Below, one piece after another: positions 17,993 to 28,127 of a DNA stretch of 61,425 nucleotides. The stretch covers positions 186,001 through 247,425 of the forward strand of contig CAZCME010000005.1 in assembly GCA_964499705.1 (NCBI GenBank), given 5' to 3'. Position numbers and translations under genes: made by a program. The notes beneath the pieces were generated by a model. The model had not been told where the DNA came from. It did no database searches and worked only from the letters and a program-made list of their open reading frames with translations. The stretch is from an uncultured bacterium. Its GTDB lineage: Bacteria; UBA8481. Numbering within the stretch: the stretch's first letter is position 1; each line of letters begins with the position of its first letter.

Positions 17993-20900
17993 TCCACCCG
18001 CGCGCCCGCGCCCACCGTGAAGTAATCGTTCTGCTTCTCCAGCAGGTCCTGCACCCATGCGCCGGTCGTCGACGCGGAGAGTTCCAGGTTCGTCGCTATC
18101 CTGTACCCGAGCGAGAGGTTCGTGCCGTACGTGTTCCGTTCCGACGTCGTCTTCTGTCCCTGCTCCGATTTCGCCAGGCTGGCGTTGGCGCCGCCGGAGA
18201 GCTGGATCCTGCGGTTGAGGTCGGCCACTTTTCCGATTCCCGGAAGCTGCAGCGATTCCGGCACCTTCAGGTCGAAGTAGGTCGTCCAGTTCATCGAAGG
18301 CGAGAGCGACTGGGACACGGTCTTCTGCTCCGGCGTGAACGTCGGTACATTCGTCGACCGGTTATAGCCGCAGGTGATCGTCATGTTGAAGGCGTCCGAC
18401 AACTGGAAGTTCCAGTTCAGGTTAGGAGCGATGCTGTTCGTCCGCGCCGCGGCGGCCTCGGTCCGGCCGTAGCTCACACCGCCCGTGATGTACGACGACT
18501 GGAACTTGATGAAGGACCGGGGAAACGCCTGGTTGTAGTCCATGCGCATGTTCAGGGATCCGTTAATGCCGTCCGTCAGGGAAAGCGTGGACTGCGATGC
18601 CACTTCGTTATGCGTGAAGCTCGTCGAATACGATGTCGAGAGCCAGTTCCAGGTCTTGATCTCTCCGCCCAGGTTATGCACGATGTTCGTCGATCCGCTC
18701 GACCGGTTCGCCGTGATCCCGTCCGTTCCCTGTCCGATCCTCTTGGAGCTTCCCCACGGGAAGATGCGCTCGCCGACATAGTCCCCGAAGACATCCGTGA
18801 TGCCCACCTTGGTGGAGAGCGGGCGCTCGGTCGTGCTCCGGTAGGACGCGTTCGACGAGAGCGAATACGAATATCGCGCCGTAAGCCAGGACAGAAGCCT
18901 CGTCCATCGGGACGGATCGACGCCCACGTTCAGGCGGAAATCTCCGCCGAGCGCCAGGTCCTTGTTGACCGTCAGGCCGAAGGTCGGGAGATTGAAATTC
19001 TCCGTGTAGTTTCCGGAGAAAGACACGCCCGGCGAAACTCCCCAGAACGACGGCAGTGAGAGCGCCGCGTTCGTCGTGTGGACGCGGTTCTGCACGCCCT
19101 TCCTCCGGTCGGAGGGAATGAGGCTCCGGTAATCGACGTACGCGGTCGAGAAATTATAGGAGAGCGTCAGGGGATCGAACGGCCGCGATGTCGCGGAGAA
19201 ATTCCCGCTTTGAGTGACCGATTTCGTGTTGGCGTCCTTCTCTCCGGACGCGACGGAATTATCGGACTTGCTGTGCGACTGCGAATAGTTGTAAGAGGAA
19301 TTCAACGAGAGAAATTGTCCCGTCGGGATGATGCCGAACAGCTTCCGGGGAAACGTGAAGGAATAGGCCGTGTTGCCGTTCAGGGTCGAGGAGAGATTCG
19401 TGCGGTCCTGGTTGCGGTAATCCGTGAGCGAGGTCGACCGGCCGTAGTTGAGGCTGATCGCGGGGAGCTTCCAGACCTGCAGCGTCGTGTTGTACGCCTG
19501 GTTCTCCGAGACGGTTTTTCCGAGGCTGGTGCTCAAGGCGTTCTCCACCCGATCCGGATCGATCTCCGTCACCGACTTGCTGTACGTCGCCGAAAGAGGG
19601 AGCACGATCTGCCAGGAGGAGGGCAGCAACCGATGCAGGGCTAGCGTGCCGGAGAGGCTCGTCGAATACTGCGACTGCTCCACGTGCGATGACGTCGCCG
19701 GGTCATTGAGAATACCCACGCCGCGATACTTGCCCGGCACGTCGCGCCAGGATCCTGATAGCGACCAGAGGTCTCCCCAGCCCGTCGCGAAATCCGCCTT
19801 CTGCGCCGTCGCGGACGCGTCGATCGGTTCCGCGGCGTAGATGTCGTCCAGCCAGAGCTCGCCGCCATCCGCGGCCGTGGAGTGCACCCTCAGCCAGATC
19901 TCGTTGATGTTCGTGAGGCTCGGCGCGCGGTTCTGGGAAAATTCTCCGACGATGATCGCCTCGTAATTGGTGTAGGAAATCACGACGGGCGAATCGACGC
20001 CGACGAGAATGGCCGTGATGGTCGATTGCCGGATCGGATCCAGGAGCACATCGATCCGCTCCCATACAGGCGCCGCCGCGCCGCCCAGCAGTCCGCCGAT
20101 GTCGCTGCCGGTCGTGACGCGTTTCCTGATCTCGATGTAATTCTTCGGATCCTGCACAAGAAAGAGCGAGAAGGTTTCGTTCCGGGCGTCGCCCGCCAGG
20201 AAATAGGAAAGCCTCCTGTAGTCGCCGAGATTCACTTTCCGGGCCGCGCCCACGGCGGAGTTGAAATTCTGGACGACCGTTGCGGAATCTCCGGCCGCCA
20301 GTTGCCATTTGACCGCAAGGGCCTGCTCCTTCGTCTTCGAGGCGTTCCCCTTGATCTCCGTCCGCGGAGGACTGGAATAATTCGGATCGTTCTCGTTGTT
20401 CCGGGGCAGAAGGACGACGCGTGAATCGGACGACGATCCCTTGAACTTATTGCCGCGAAAAGCCAGTTGGTCCATGAACAGGGTGACATTCGTGTCCTGG
20501 CCGTCCTGCCGGACGAAGACGAGCCGGATATGCTTGATGACCGAGGTGTCCGCGGAACCGAACGGCGTCCGGGTTCGCCAGGGTGCGCGGAAGACCGTCC
20601 AGGCGGAATTGTCCAGTCCCGCGAAATTCTTCCGCTCGATATCCGCCGCGAGATTCAATTCTCCCAACCTGAAGAACGCCTCGAGTTGATCGAGTTTGCC
20701 GTCGTTGTCCATGTCTTCCGTCGTCAGCGCGCCGTCGTTCACACCGTACCGGTACGGAGCCTGGACGGGATGATTGAAGACGATGCCGACATCCTCCCCG
20801 GTGTTCAATGTCCCGTTGTTTTCGCCCGCGTCGTTGGTCGCCGGATTTCCGTCCAGGCCGTTATCCTCGGTCTCGAAAACGCCGTCACCGTCGGCATCCT

Positions 20901-23900
20901 CCGATATGAGGCCCACATCGACATATGCCCGCATCGTCCCCGGCAGACCCGACGCATACAGCTCCATCGTCGTGATGTTCTGGAAACTGATCGCCGATGA
21001 TGAGAGCGGCTGCCGGATCGCGACCCATGTCTCGCCGGCGGCGAAGGAAAGATCGAGCTGAAGCGACTGCTGCCGCTCGTTGTTCGTGTTCTGTGCCTCG
21101 GTCCGGTGCCCGAAATTGTCCCGGATATTGAATCCGACAAGCCCCCGCGTGGCGTCGGTCGTGCCCGAGAGTTTCACCGCCGTGTCGCCCGGAGGCTTCG
21201 ATCCCGGCTGCCAGGAGGTCCGCGACATCCCGACACCCACGATCTCCTCGATCTCCTCGAAATCTTCCACCATCGCGGAGCCGAACGTATTCGGAGCGTG
21301 CGTCGTCCAGGCCCATTCGCCGCCGAGATCGAGCCGGAAATTCTGCTTGATCCTGTTCATGATCGCGCTCGACCCGTCCTTGTCCAGGAAGTCGTACAAG
21401 AGCGGTGCCAGCTGGAGCCGGGCGTCGATCTCCACGATCGTGTTCTGGTTCGGCGCGTCCTCCAGAATGCTCGGGATCTCCGTCGCCGCCGCGGAGACGT
21501 CGTACAGGAGCGTCGTGCCGAACGAGAGGCGCGGGTTGACGTTCACGTCGAGCCGCGTGCCCGCGACCGTACGTTCGAACTGCCCGCCAAACGGCAGGAA
21601 CTCGTAATCCACGCGGATCTTGGAATCGTTCTTGAGGATGGCCCGGTTCAGGAAGGTGATGATGCCGGCTTCGTAATCGATGAAGTAGTCGACATCGCGA
21701 GCCACTTTCACACCGTCGACATAGACGATGTCCGATCCCTTGATGATGTCGAAGCCGAGGGAGAAGATTTCGCTCGGCTGGTCGGAGAGATACGAGAGCT
21801 CATACGTGTATTTCTGGTCGGCGCTTGTGACGTCTTCCATCCTCTTCGTATAGATGGCGTTGTTGTCCGTGTCGGAATTGCCCGAGCGGGCGAAGGGCGC
21901 CGTCTCCGCGGGCTTTATGACACCGAAATCGTAATCGATGAGCTCCACGTCGACCTTGTCGTTCCCATCCCGGTCGAATCCGAACAGCTGCAGGTACGTG
22001 GTTGCGACGCCGTTCACCGTCGTCTGCGCCCGGCCGTCCCTGTCGAGGATCCGGAATATGAAGCCGGGATCGTCCTTCTTGATCCGGCGGCTCATCAGCC
22101 GGTAGCGGTTGCGGAGCTCATGCGCGCGCAGCAGGGGTTCCGCAGTGACGGAATCGCCGAGCCGGATGAGGCGCGGCGGCGTCGTCGAATTGCCGAAGGA
22201 ACCGCCTCCCGTCGCCAGGCTGTTATACGAAACCGCGATGGCGTCCTTCGTCGAGATCCCGGAGAGAAACTCGATTTCCGCGGTGACCTGGTTCACGATG
22301 AAGTCGGTTCCGGGAACGAGGACATTCCACTTGCCCGCATACGAAACGCCGGCCGCGGTTCCAGCGCTCTGCGCCGTGAACTCCACGGTGCCTCCGTCGT
22401 TCGTGGAGAGCTGGTCGTCCTTGTAGACGGTGATGGCCGAGATCGGCCAGAACCGCGAGTCTGGTTCGGCGGCAAAGTAGATATTCTTGGCGAAGTCGGC
22501 GTCCGTCAGGGGATTGGTCACCCGGTTCTGGAGGATGCGCTCGCCCGAGAGCGTGAATTCCTTCGACGCCGAAACGCCCTTGGTCTGCGATCCGAGGAGA
22601 ATGAGGTTCACGCGATCGGCCTTCAGGAAGCCGAGGTTCAGATCCGTCACCGAGAGATTCGCCTTCACGCCGAAGAGGCTCTTGTTGTAGAACGCGAATT
22701 CGCTGCCCGGGAGGCTCACCGAAATATCGCCGAACTCCGCGTCGTACTGATACGTCCCCCAGCTCGCCTTGTGCGGCACGCCGACGAAGTCGACGGAAAT
22801 GCTCCGGTTGTTCACGGAATTCACGCCACGCTGCGTGTCGTCGTACCGGATGTCGATCGTGATATGGTCCGTCGTTTCCTTGCCGACGCGGCCCGCCACC
22901 GTCACCTGCAGCTCCTGGTTCAGGTTGAAGCTCGACTGCGTGTTTCCGCCCACGCGCGTCGCGGACGGGTTGGTGTAATGCGTCACGTTGTAACTGACAT
23001 CCACCACCTTCCGGCCCTGGATGCGGAGCGTCGACGGGAGCGGGCCGCCGATCTCGAGATCGAAGAAGCCGCGCGACTTCTGCTCCTCCTCCGCTTCGGG
23101 AAGATCCGGCGGAGCGAGCGCGATGGCGTCGCCGGTGATGGAGGGAGGAAGCGGTTCGAGCTGCGCAGCGGCATCGAGCGTCCGGAGGATCTGCTCTTCC
23201 GAGCGCGGTTCCTCGCCAAGGGATTTCGAGATCTGCGCGGAGATTTCCGCTTCGCGCTTCGCATAGGAATTCCGGACGAATTCCTCCAGCTCGATCGCCT
23301 TCTCCAGTGCTTCCCGCGTCTTGGCAACCGCTTCCAGGGCCTGTTCCAGCTCGCCGGCGGCCAGGCGCGTCAGGGCCGTCTTTCTCCACGTCTCCGCTCC
23401 CTGCCGCCATGTCAGCGAATTCCGCTCCGCTTCCCGCTCGTCCTTCATCATCAGCCACGAAGGCGGCATCGTCTTTCGCGGCGGCAGCTCGGGGATCTCC
23501 ATCTGTTGCGCGGGCTCCGCGACCGGAGCAGGCTCGGTAACAGGCGGGACTTCCACCGTCTCGACAACGGGCTGGTCCATGACGGGCTCGGCGACAACCG
23601 CCTCTCCCGCTTCTTCCTCCACGATCTCCATGCCCGACTCTTCGCTCTGCGGATACGTTCTTCTCAGGAACCACGCCGTATCCAGGTCGGCCCTGATCTC
23701 CCTGATCCGCGCGCGCACTTCCTCCGCCTTGATCCGCGCCACCTGCGCCTTCGCGGGCTCGCCCGACTTGTCCCACGTCCGCGCCGTCTCCTCCCAGGAA
23801 ATCGCCACATCCGCCCAGCGATCGACGAGTTCCGTCTGGAGCTCGATGGAGACGGGTCTGTCGATGAGCGTGCTCCGCCGCGCGGAAAGCTGCGCCGATA

Positions 23901-24432
23901 ATTCATCCAGCCTCGGCTCCAGTTCCGCGACTTTCATGAGCGCCGCGCCCGATCGCTGCATCGCGAGCTGCTGCGCGGGCGAATCGCCTGCCAGGCCGTA
24001 CGTCTTCGCCGCCTCGCGCCATGCCACTGCGGTTCTCCTCCAGGAAGCCAGTTCCGCCGTCAGCGACTGGACAACCTGCTCCAGCTCGTTCAATCGCGCC
24101 GTCGGAAGCACCGCCGCCGTGGCGCGCGCCTTCCCGTCGCGTTCCCATGCGATCGCAGCTTGCGCCCAGGCCTGTCGCGCCGCGACCGTATCGCCCAGTT
24201 CCCTGAAGCGGCGCGCGGTCTCTTCCCATGACCGCGCCGTATCGGCCCAGGATGGAACGATCGCGGGGGAAGGGGTCGTCGATGCCGGTCGAGCCGCCAC
24301 AGGCGGGGGCGGCGGAGAACTTTCGGAGGATGTCGCGGGAGATTCGGAAGAAGGCGACTGAGCGGCGACGGGAAGCAGGATCGCCAGCGCGATCACGAAG
24401 AGCGCCGCGGAAATCCGTCTCAGATTAAGCAC
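17980..24432 (-). CDS. SprA-like very large outer-membrane beta-barrel (T9SS translocon homolog) with helical N-terminal extension
   Basis: AAGGAG RBS, GTG start and signal peptide. SprA-like motifs: FGDISVSLPGSEF...KSLFGVKA, GSDIVYVDGVKVARDVDYFIDYEAG, IRVDYE, VEDFE, DVGLISED, TEDMDNDG. Long beta-strand-rich C-terminal half ending VEWRF. Confidence 0.75.
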   Translation of the reverse strand: MLNLRRISAALFVIALAILLPVAAQSPSSESPATSSESSPPPPPVAARPASTTPSPAIVPSWADTARSWEETARRFRELGDTVAARQAWAQAAIAWERDGKARATAAVLPTARLNELEQVVQSLTAELASWRRTAVAWREAAKTYGLAGDSPAQQLAMQRSGAALMKVAELEPRLDELSAQLSARRSTLIDRPVSIELQTELVDRWADVAISWEETARTWDKSGEPAKAQVARIKAEEVRARIREIRADLDTAWFLRRTYPQSEESGMEIVEEEAGEAVVAEPVMDQPVVETVEVPPVTEPAPVAEPAQQMEIPELPPRKTMPPSWLMMKDEREAERNSLTWRQGAETWRKTALTRLAAGELEQALEAVAKTREALEKAIELEEFVRNSYAKREAEISAQISKSLGEEPRSEEQILRTLDAAAQLEPLPPSITGDAIALAPPDLPEAEEEQKSRGFFDLEIGGPLPSTLRIQGRKVVDVSYNVTHYTNPSATRVGGNTQSSFNLNQELQVTVAGRVGKETTDHITIDIRYDDTQRGVNSVNNRSISVDFVGVPHKASWGTYQYDAEFGDISVSLPGSEFAFYNKSLFGVKANLSVTDLNLGFLKADRVNLILLGSQTKGVSASKEFTLSGERILQNRVTNPLTDADFAKNIYFAAEPDSRFWPISAITVYKDDQLSTNDGGTVEFTAQSAGTAAGVSYAGKWNVLVPGTDFIVNQVTAEIEFLSGISTKDAIAVSYNSLATGGGSFGNSTTPPRLIRLGDSVTAEPLLRAHELRNRYRLMSRRIKKDDPGFIFRILDRDGRAQTTVNGVATTYLQLFGFDRDGNDKVDVELIDYDFGVIKPAETAPFARSGNSDTDNNAIYTKRMEDVTSADQKYTYELSYLSDQPSEIFSLGFDIIKGSDIVYVDGVKVARDVDYFIDYEAGIITFLNRAILKNDSKIRVDYEFLPFGGQFERTVAGTRLDVNVNPRLSFGTTLLYDVSAAATEIPSILEDAPNQNTIVEIDARLQLAPLLYDFLDKDGSSAIMNRIKQNFRLDLGGEWAWTTHAPNTFGSAMVEDFEEIEEIVGVGMSRTSWQPGSKPPGDTAVKLSGTTDATRGLVGFNIRDNFGHRTEAQNTNNERQQSLQLDLSFAAGETWVAIRQPLSSSAISFQNITTMELYASGLPGTMRAYVDVGLISEDADGDGVFETEDNGLDGNPATNDAGENNGTLNTGEDVGIVFNHPVQAPYRYGVNDGALTTEDMDNDGKLDQLEAFFRLGELNLAADIERKNFAGLDNSAWTVFRAPWRTRTPFGSADTSVIKHIRLVFVRQDGQDTNVTLFMDQLAFRGNKFKGSSSDSRVVLLPRNNENDPNYSSPPRTEIKGNASKTKEQALAVKWQLAAGDSATVVQNFNSAVGAARKVNLGDYRRLSYFLAGDARNETFSLFLVQDPKNYIEIRKRVTTGSDIGGLLGGAAAPVWERIDVLLDPIRQSTITAILVGVDSPVVISYTNYEAIIVGEFSQNRAPSLTNINEIWLRVHSTAADGGELWLDDIYAAEPIDASATAQKADFATGWGDLWSLSGSWRDVPGKYRGVGILNDPATSSHVEQSQYSTSLSGTLALHRLLPSSWQIVLPLSATYSKSVTEIDPDRVENALSTSLGKTVSENQAYNTTLQVWKLPAISLNYGRSTSLTDYRNQDRTNLSSTLNGNTAYSFTFPRKLFGIIPTGQFLSLNSSYNYSQSHSKSDNSVASGEKDANTKSVTQSGNFSATSRPFDPLTLSYNFSTAYVDYRSLIPSDRRKGVQNRVHTTNAALSLPSFWGVSPGVSFSGNYTENFNLPTFGLTVNKDLALGGDFRLNVGVDPSRWTRLLSWLTARYSYSLSSNASYRSTTERPLSTKVGITDVFGDYVGERIFPWGSSKRIGQGTDGITANRSSGSTNIVHNLGGEIKTWNWLSTSYSTSFTHNEVASQSTLSLTDGINGSLNMRMDYNQAFPRSFIKFQSSYITGGVSYGRTEAAAARTNSIAPNLNWNFQLSDAFNMTITCGYNRSTNVPTFTPEQKTVSQSLSPSMNWTTYFDLKVPESLQLPGIGKVADLNRRIQLSGGANASLAKSEQGQKTTSERNTYGTNLSLGYRIATNLELSASTTGAWVQDLLEKQNDYFTVGAGARVEWRF

Positions 24433-24539
24433 GAGTGTTCTCTCCTTGGCGCGTTCGGTTCCTTGTTCGCGACAACGCGGATTTCTTCATCCTTCATACT
24501 TCATTTTTTTCTGGCCTTTGCCGTGCTACGATTCCCATG

Positions 24540-25607
24540 ATGAAAATCATCGACCGGTATCTTCTGAAAATCCTGCTGCATGGATTTTCAGCGGCGCTGG
24601 GTATCGTCGCAGGACTCTTGATCCTGCAAAGACTCTATAAAATCATAGAACTGGCCATCACGAGATCGCTCGACGGCTTTCAGACCGTAAGCCTCATCCT
24701 CTGGACGCTGCCTCTGGTCTTCTTCTATTCTCTTCCGCTTGCCTCGATCGTCGGCACGCTGCTGACTTTCGGACGACTCTCGGGAGACTCCGAACTCCAC
24801 GCCGCGATGGCGGCGGGAATCAGCCGGAAACGACTCGCTCTCTACCCGACCGTATTCGCCGCGATTATAGCCATTCTGGCGCTCCTGAACAATATGGTAC
24901 TGATGCCTCTCGGATACGTCCGTTTCGACTCCATCGGCTTCGGCGTCGGCATCGATCCCATGCAGGCGCTCCGCCCCGGCATTGTCGAGCGCATCGCCGG
25001 ACGGCATGTTCTCGTCGGCGCCATCGATCCGGACAACAAGACCTTCCGTCAGCTCCTGACGGTCATTCCCTCCGAGGACGTCGGCCGGAAAGAAGGAGGC
25101 AGCCGTCTCGTCTGCCTCGCCCGCGAAGGTTCCTGGGAAATCGAAGGCGGCAGCATCAAGCTCTTCCTCGGCGCGGGCAGCATCCGGGAGCTGAACGACA
25201 CGGGCGGCCCCTGGCATGTCATGAAGTTCAGCGAATACTCGCTCCACCTGCCCCTCCCCCGCGACCGGTCCACCCATCCGAAACGCCTTACCGCGATGCA
25301 GCTCCTGACGCAACCGAAGCGCGAGCATGACATCGAATTCGCACGGCGCGCGCTCGAGGCAATTGCAATTCCGCTCCTCGTTCTCTGCGCCATTCCGCTC
25401 GCCATTCCGAGCGGCGCTTCTGCGGCTCGAAGCGGCGGGACACGCGGAGCCATCTTCGTGACGCTCCTGCTGTATTTTCTCTACTGGATCTTCAACTTCG
25501 GATCCGATTCCATCGTGGCGAAGTATTCGCTCTCTCCCCTGGCGCTCGCGATCCCTCATGTCCTTCTCGCCGTGCTCGCGGCCTCTCTCTGGAAACGGCG
25601 CCTGTGA
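24540..25607 (+). CDS. lptF: LptF/LptG family LPS export permease (LptF position)
   Basis: MKIIDRYLLK; GRLSGDSELHAAMAAGIS; 3 TM + periplasmic domain + 3 TM. Start at 24537 or 24540. Confidence 0.8.
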   Translation: MKIIDRYLLKILLHGFSAALGIVAGLLILQRLYKIIELAITRSLDGFQTVSLILWTLPLVFFYSLPLASIVGTLLTFGRLSGDSELHAAMAAGISRKRLALYPTVFAAIIAILALLNNMVLMPLGYVRFDSIGFGVGIDPMQALRPGIVERIAGRHVLVGAIDPDNKTFRQLLTVIPSEDVGRKEGGSRLVCLAREGSWEIEGGSIKLFLGAGSIRELNDTGGPWHVMKFSEYSLHLPLPRDRSTHPKRLTAMQLLTQPKREHDIEFARRALEAIAIPLLVLCAIPLAIPSGASAARSGGTRGAIFVTLLLYFLYWIFNFGSDSIVAKYSLSPLALAIPHVLLAVLAASLWKRRL

Positions 25608-26758
25608 AGACGCTCGATCGTTTCTTTCTCTTCCGGTTCGCCGCGTCCTTCTTCGTCTTCTTCCTCCTCTTCACATCCCTCTTCATTCTCGCCGAGCTCT
25701 TCGACCTGAAGGACAAGATCTCCCTCGGCGGCGATTCGTTTCCCCTTCTCATGTTCTATCTCGCGCTCCGTCTTCCCTTCCTCGCCTACGCGTCCGCCCC
25801 GATCTCCGTCATCCTCGCGACCATCTTCGTCTTTGCCTCGCGCGCGCATCTCTCGGAGGTCGTCGCGGTCCAGGCCGGAGGTATTTCCATCATCCGCCTG
25901 GCCGCTTCGATCCTCGCCGCCGCTTCCTGCCTGACGATACTTCTGCTCCTGGGAACGGAATTCAAAATCCCCCAATGGTCGGACAGGGCGGATTACATGC
26001 GCCGCGTCAATATTCAGAAGAAGCTTCCGCCGAAGACGGAATTCCGCGACCTCGTCTTTCAGGCCCGTGTCGCGAGCAAAGGCACGGTGGCAAGCGGCGC
26101 GGAGACGGCGAGCGCCTGTTTCATCATGACGGATCTTTTCGTGCCGCAGGAGCGGACCATGAAGAATGTGACGATCCTCTGGCCGGATGCGGAACAGACG
26201 GAGTTGTCGGAAGTCGAGTTCCACCGCGAGCTCCATTACACGCCCGGAGAAGGATGGAAAGCGCCGGGCGCGAAAGGTCGCGTCTATAGAAACCTGCCAG
26301 TGCCGAAGGTGATCGAGCTGATCGCGGCGTCGGGAGGAGTCAAGCTTCTCTCCGATAAACCGCTCGAAGCGGTCAGCATCTCGACCATGGCGAGGGAAAT
26401 CGCGGACCTGAAAAGCCTGGACGAAAATCGCACGTTCGAGAAACTGGACGATGAAATCTTCGAGCGTTACGTTCGCATCAGCGCGAAGCTCGCCTTTCCC
26501 TGTTCCGTCCCGTTCCTGGCGCTTCTGGGCGCGGGACTCGGAGCGCGCGTCGGGCGAAGAAGAGGGATCGGCGCCGCGATCGGCAACGCGCTTCTCTGCA
26601 CGCTCGGTTACATGATCCTCGTGCAGACGGCCCTGAGATTAAGCGAGCTCGCCGCTCATTCGCCCGCGCTGAGAACGGGCGCGATCTTCATCCCCTGGAT
26701 CGTTCCCGCGATTATTGGATCTCTATCGGGATATTACCTGAGGCTCCAGCGCTCCTGA
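25604..26758 (+). CDS. lptG: LptF/LptG family LPS export permease (LptG position)
   Basis: MKTLDRF; SEVVAVQAGGIS; KLAFP; GTGA overlap with lptF. Confidence 0.8.
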   Translation: MKTLDRFFLFRFAASFFVFFLLFTSLFILAELFDLKDKISLGGDSFPLLMFYLALRLPFLAYASAPISVILATIFVFASRAHLSEVVAVQAGGISIIRLAASILAAASCLTILLLLGTEFKIPQWSDRADYMRRVNIQKKLPPKTEFRDLVFQARVASKGTVASGAETASACFIMTDLFVPQERTMKNVTILWPDAEQTELSEVEFHRELHYTPGEGWKAPGAKGRVYRNLPVPKVIELIAASGGVKLLSDKPLEAVSISTMAREIADLKSLDENRTFEKLDDEIFERYVRISAKLAFPCSVPFLALLGAGLGARVGRRRGIGAAIGNALLCTLGYMILVQTALRLSELAAHSPALRTGAIFIPWIVPAIIGSLSGYYLRLQRS

Positions 26759-28115
26759 AGGTTGAACCGCCACGGGCGGAACTGACCCGGCCCGGCGCCG
26801 GCCTGCCGGCCGCCGCGAGAACCGCGCGAATCTCCGCAGGCGGAAGCGTCAACCGTTTCGCGATCTCCCGCAGGGGATGCCCCTTCGCGGACAGATCGAG
26901 AATCGCCTCCTGGTCGCTTTCCTTCAGAACCACGCGGCGCCGCGCGCGGGCGGGAGTGCCGGTCTCGGCAAACTGTTCTTCACGTTCCGCGGTCCTTCTC
27001 CGAATCTTCTGTTCCACCGCGTCATGAAAACCGGGATCTGAATTTTCGTGGTCGTCTTCCGCGAATCGGCCCGACCGAGGCGAAGCTTCCTTCCAGATCA
27101 GATCGTTCTCCATGGCACGGTCCCGGTCGGTCGTATACCTCCCGTTCACCGTCGCGGATGCCGCCATCGATCGTCCCGCGCGGCGCCCTCCGCCGTAGCC
27201 GCCGGCGGCCGCGTATCCAAGACCGCCGTCTTTCCGGGGAGGCAGCCAGCTTCCGACATAATCGAAGTCGTCCGTCTTCGTCTTCTGCTTGTGCCGGTAT
27301 CCAATGAGCCCGAGCGAAACGAGAAACAGTGCGCCTGCCGCCAGCTTGAAATATCCCGCGGCGGCGGCGGCGGCAAGACCGGTCGGAGCCAGAGCCGGTT
27401 GCGCGACATCGGGAACGACCGTCGTCTTCGGTTTTCCCAGGAGGTCCCGGCGCGAGACGAAGGGCTCTACTGCCTCTTCCGCGGCATCGCCGGCGGCGTT
27501 CATCTCCGCGGAGACTGGCTCCTCCGCGGTCACAGCGCCGCTGGCGCTCGCGGAAATCGGATCGAACTGGGGCGGGCCGATCGGCTCGGAGGAGATAGCC
27601 GCCAGCGAGGGTGTTGCAAGGTGCGGGCTCCGGAGATTCGGTTGGGGATCGGTTGCCGTCGCCGTTCGCGATGACGCGGTCGGATCGGATACGGTGGCTT
27701 CGGTTGCCGAAGAAGGCACGGCCACCGTTTGAGGCGCGGGCGCGGACGAAGCTTCCGTTCGAGCTGCGGCGGGAGTCACGCCCGCGAGATCCTGAACTCT
27801 GCGGATCGCCTGGGCCGGCGCAATGGAACGCTCGCTCGCGGGCGGAGCGGCCGAGACGCGGGGCTTCATCGGCTGAGCCGGACGCGCAATGACCGGGAGG
27901 GCGCGAACCGGCGCGGCGGGGCGAGCCGCTTCCGTCCGCGTCGCGGACGGCCAGATGGCGTCGTTAGCCGCGATGGAACCGGCTGACGCTTCCCCCGTCG
28001 GTTGTCCATAAGCCACACGCTTCACATTTTCCATCGACTCTTCCGCCCGGGCGCTCATTCCGCCCGCGCAAACCAGAATTACGATGGCCGCAAACCCTGC
28101 TGCTTTCTTCATCAT
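26712..28115 (-). CDS. Hypothetical bitopic protein: signal peptide, Pro/Ala-rich linker, TM helix, C-terminal HTH-like segment
   Basis: GGAGG RBS before ATG 28115; TM LAAGALFLVSLGLIGY; ILDLSAKGHPLREIAKRLTLPPAEIRAVL; 47-bp convergent overlap with lptG. Confidence 0.65.
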   Translation of the reverse strand: MMKKAAGFAAIVILVCAGGMSARAEESMENVKRVAYGQPTGEASAGSIAANDAIWPSATRTEAARPAAPVRALPVIARPAQPMKPRVSAAPPASERSIAPAQAIRRVQDLAGVTPAAARTEASSAPAPQTVAVPSSATEATVSDPTASSRTATATDPQPNLRSPHLATPSLAAISSEPIGPPQFDPISASASGAVTAEEPVSAEMNAAGDAAEEAVEPFVSRRDLLGKPKTTVVPDVAQPALAPTGLAAAAAAGYFKLAAGALFLVSLGLIGYRHKQKTKTDDFDYVGSWLPPRKDGGLGYAAAGGYGGGRRAGRSMAASATVNGRYTTDRDRAMENDLIWKEASPRSGRFAEDDHENSDPGFHDAVEQKIRRRTAEREEQFAETGTPARARRRVVLKESDQEAILDLSAKGHPLREIAKRLTLPPAEIRAVLAAAGRPAPGRVSSARGGSTFRSAGASGNIPIEIQ

Positions 28116-28127
28116 GTCACCGCCTCC

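Noticed and set aside
21106-23901. 931-aa plus-strand ORF and many other long alternative-frame ORFs (e.g. 8472-9680, 22223-23776, 55387-56577, 59474-60733)
   Set aside because: These are shadows of well-supported genes in high-GC DNA, with Arg/Gly/Pro-biased composition and no motifs.
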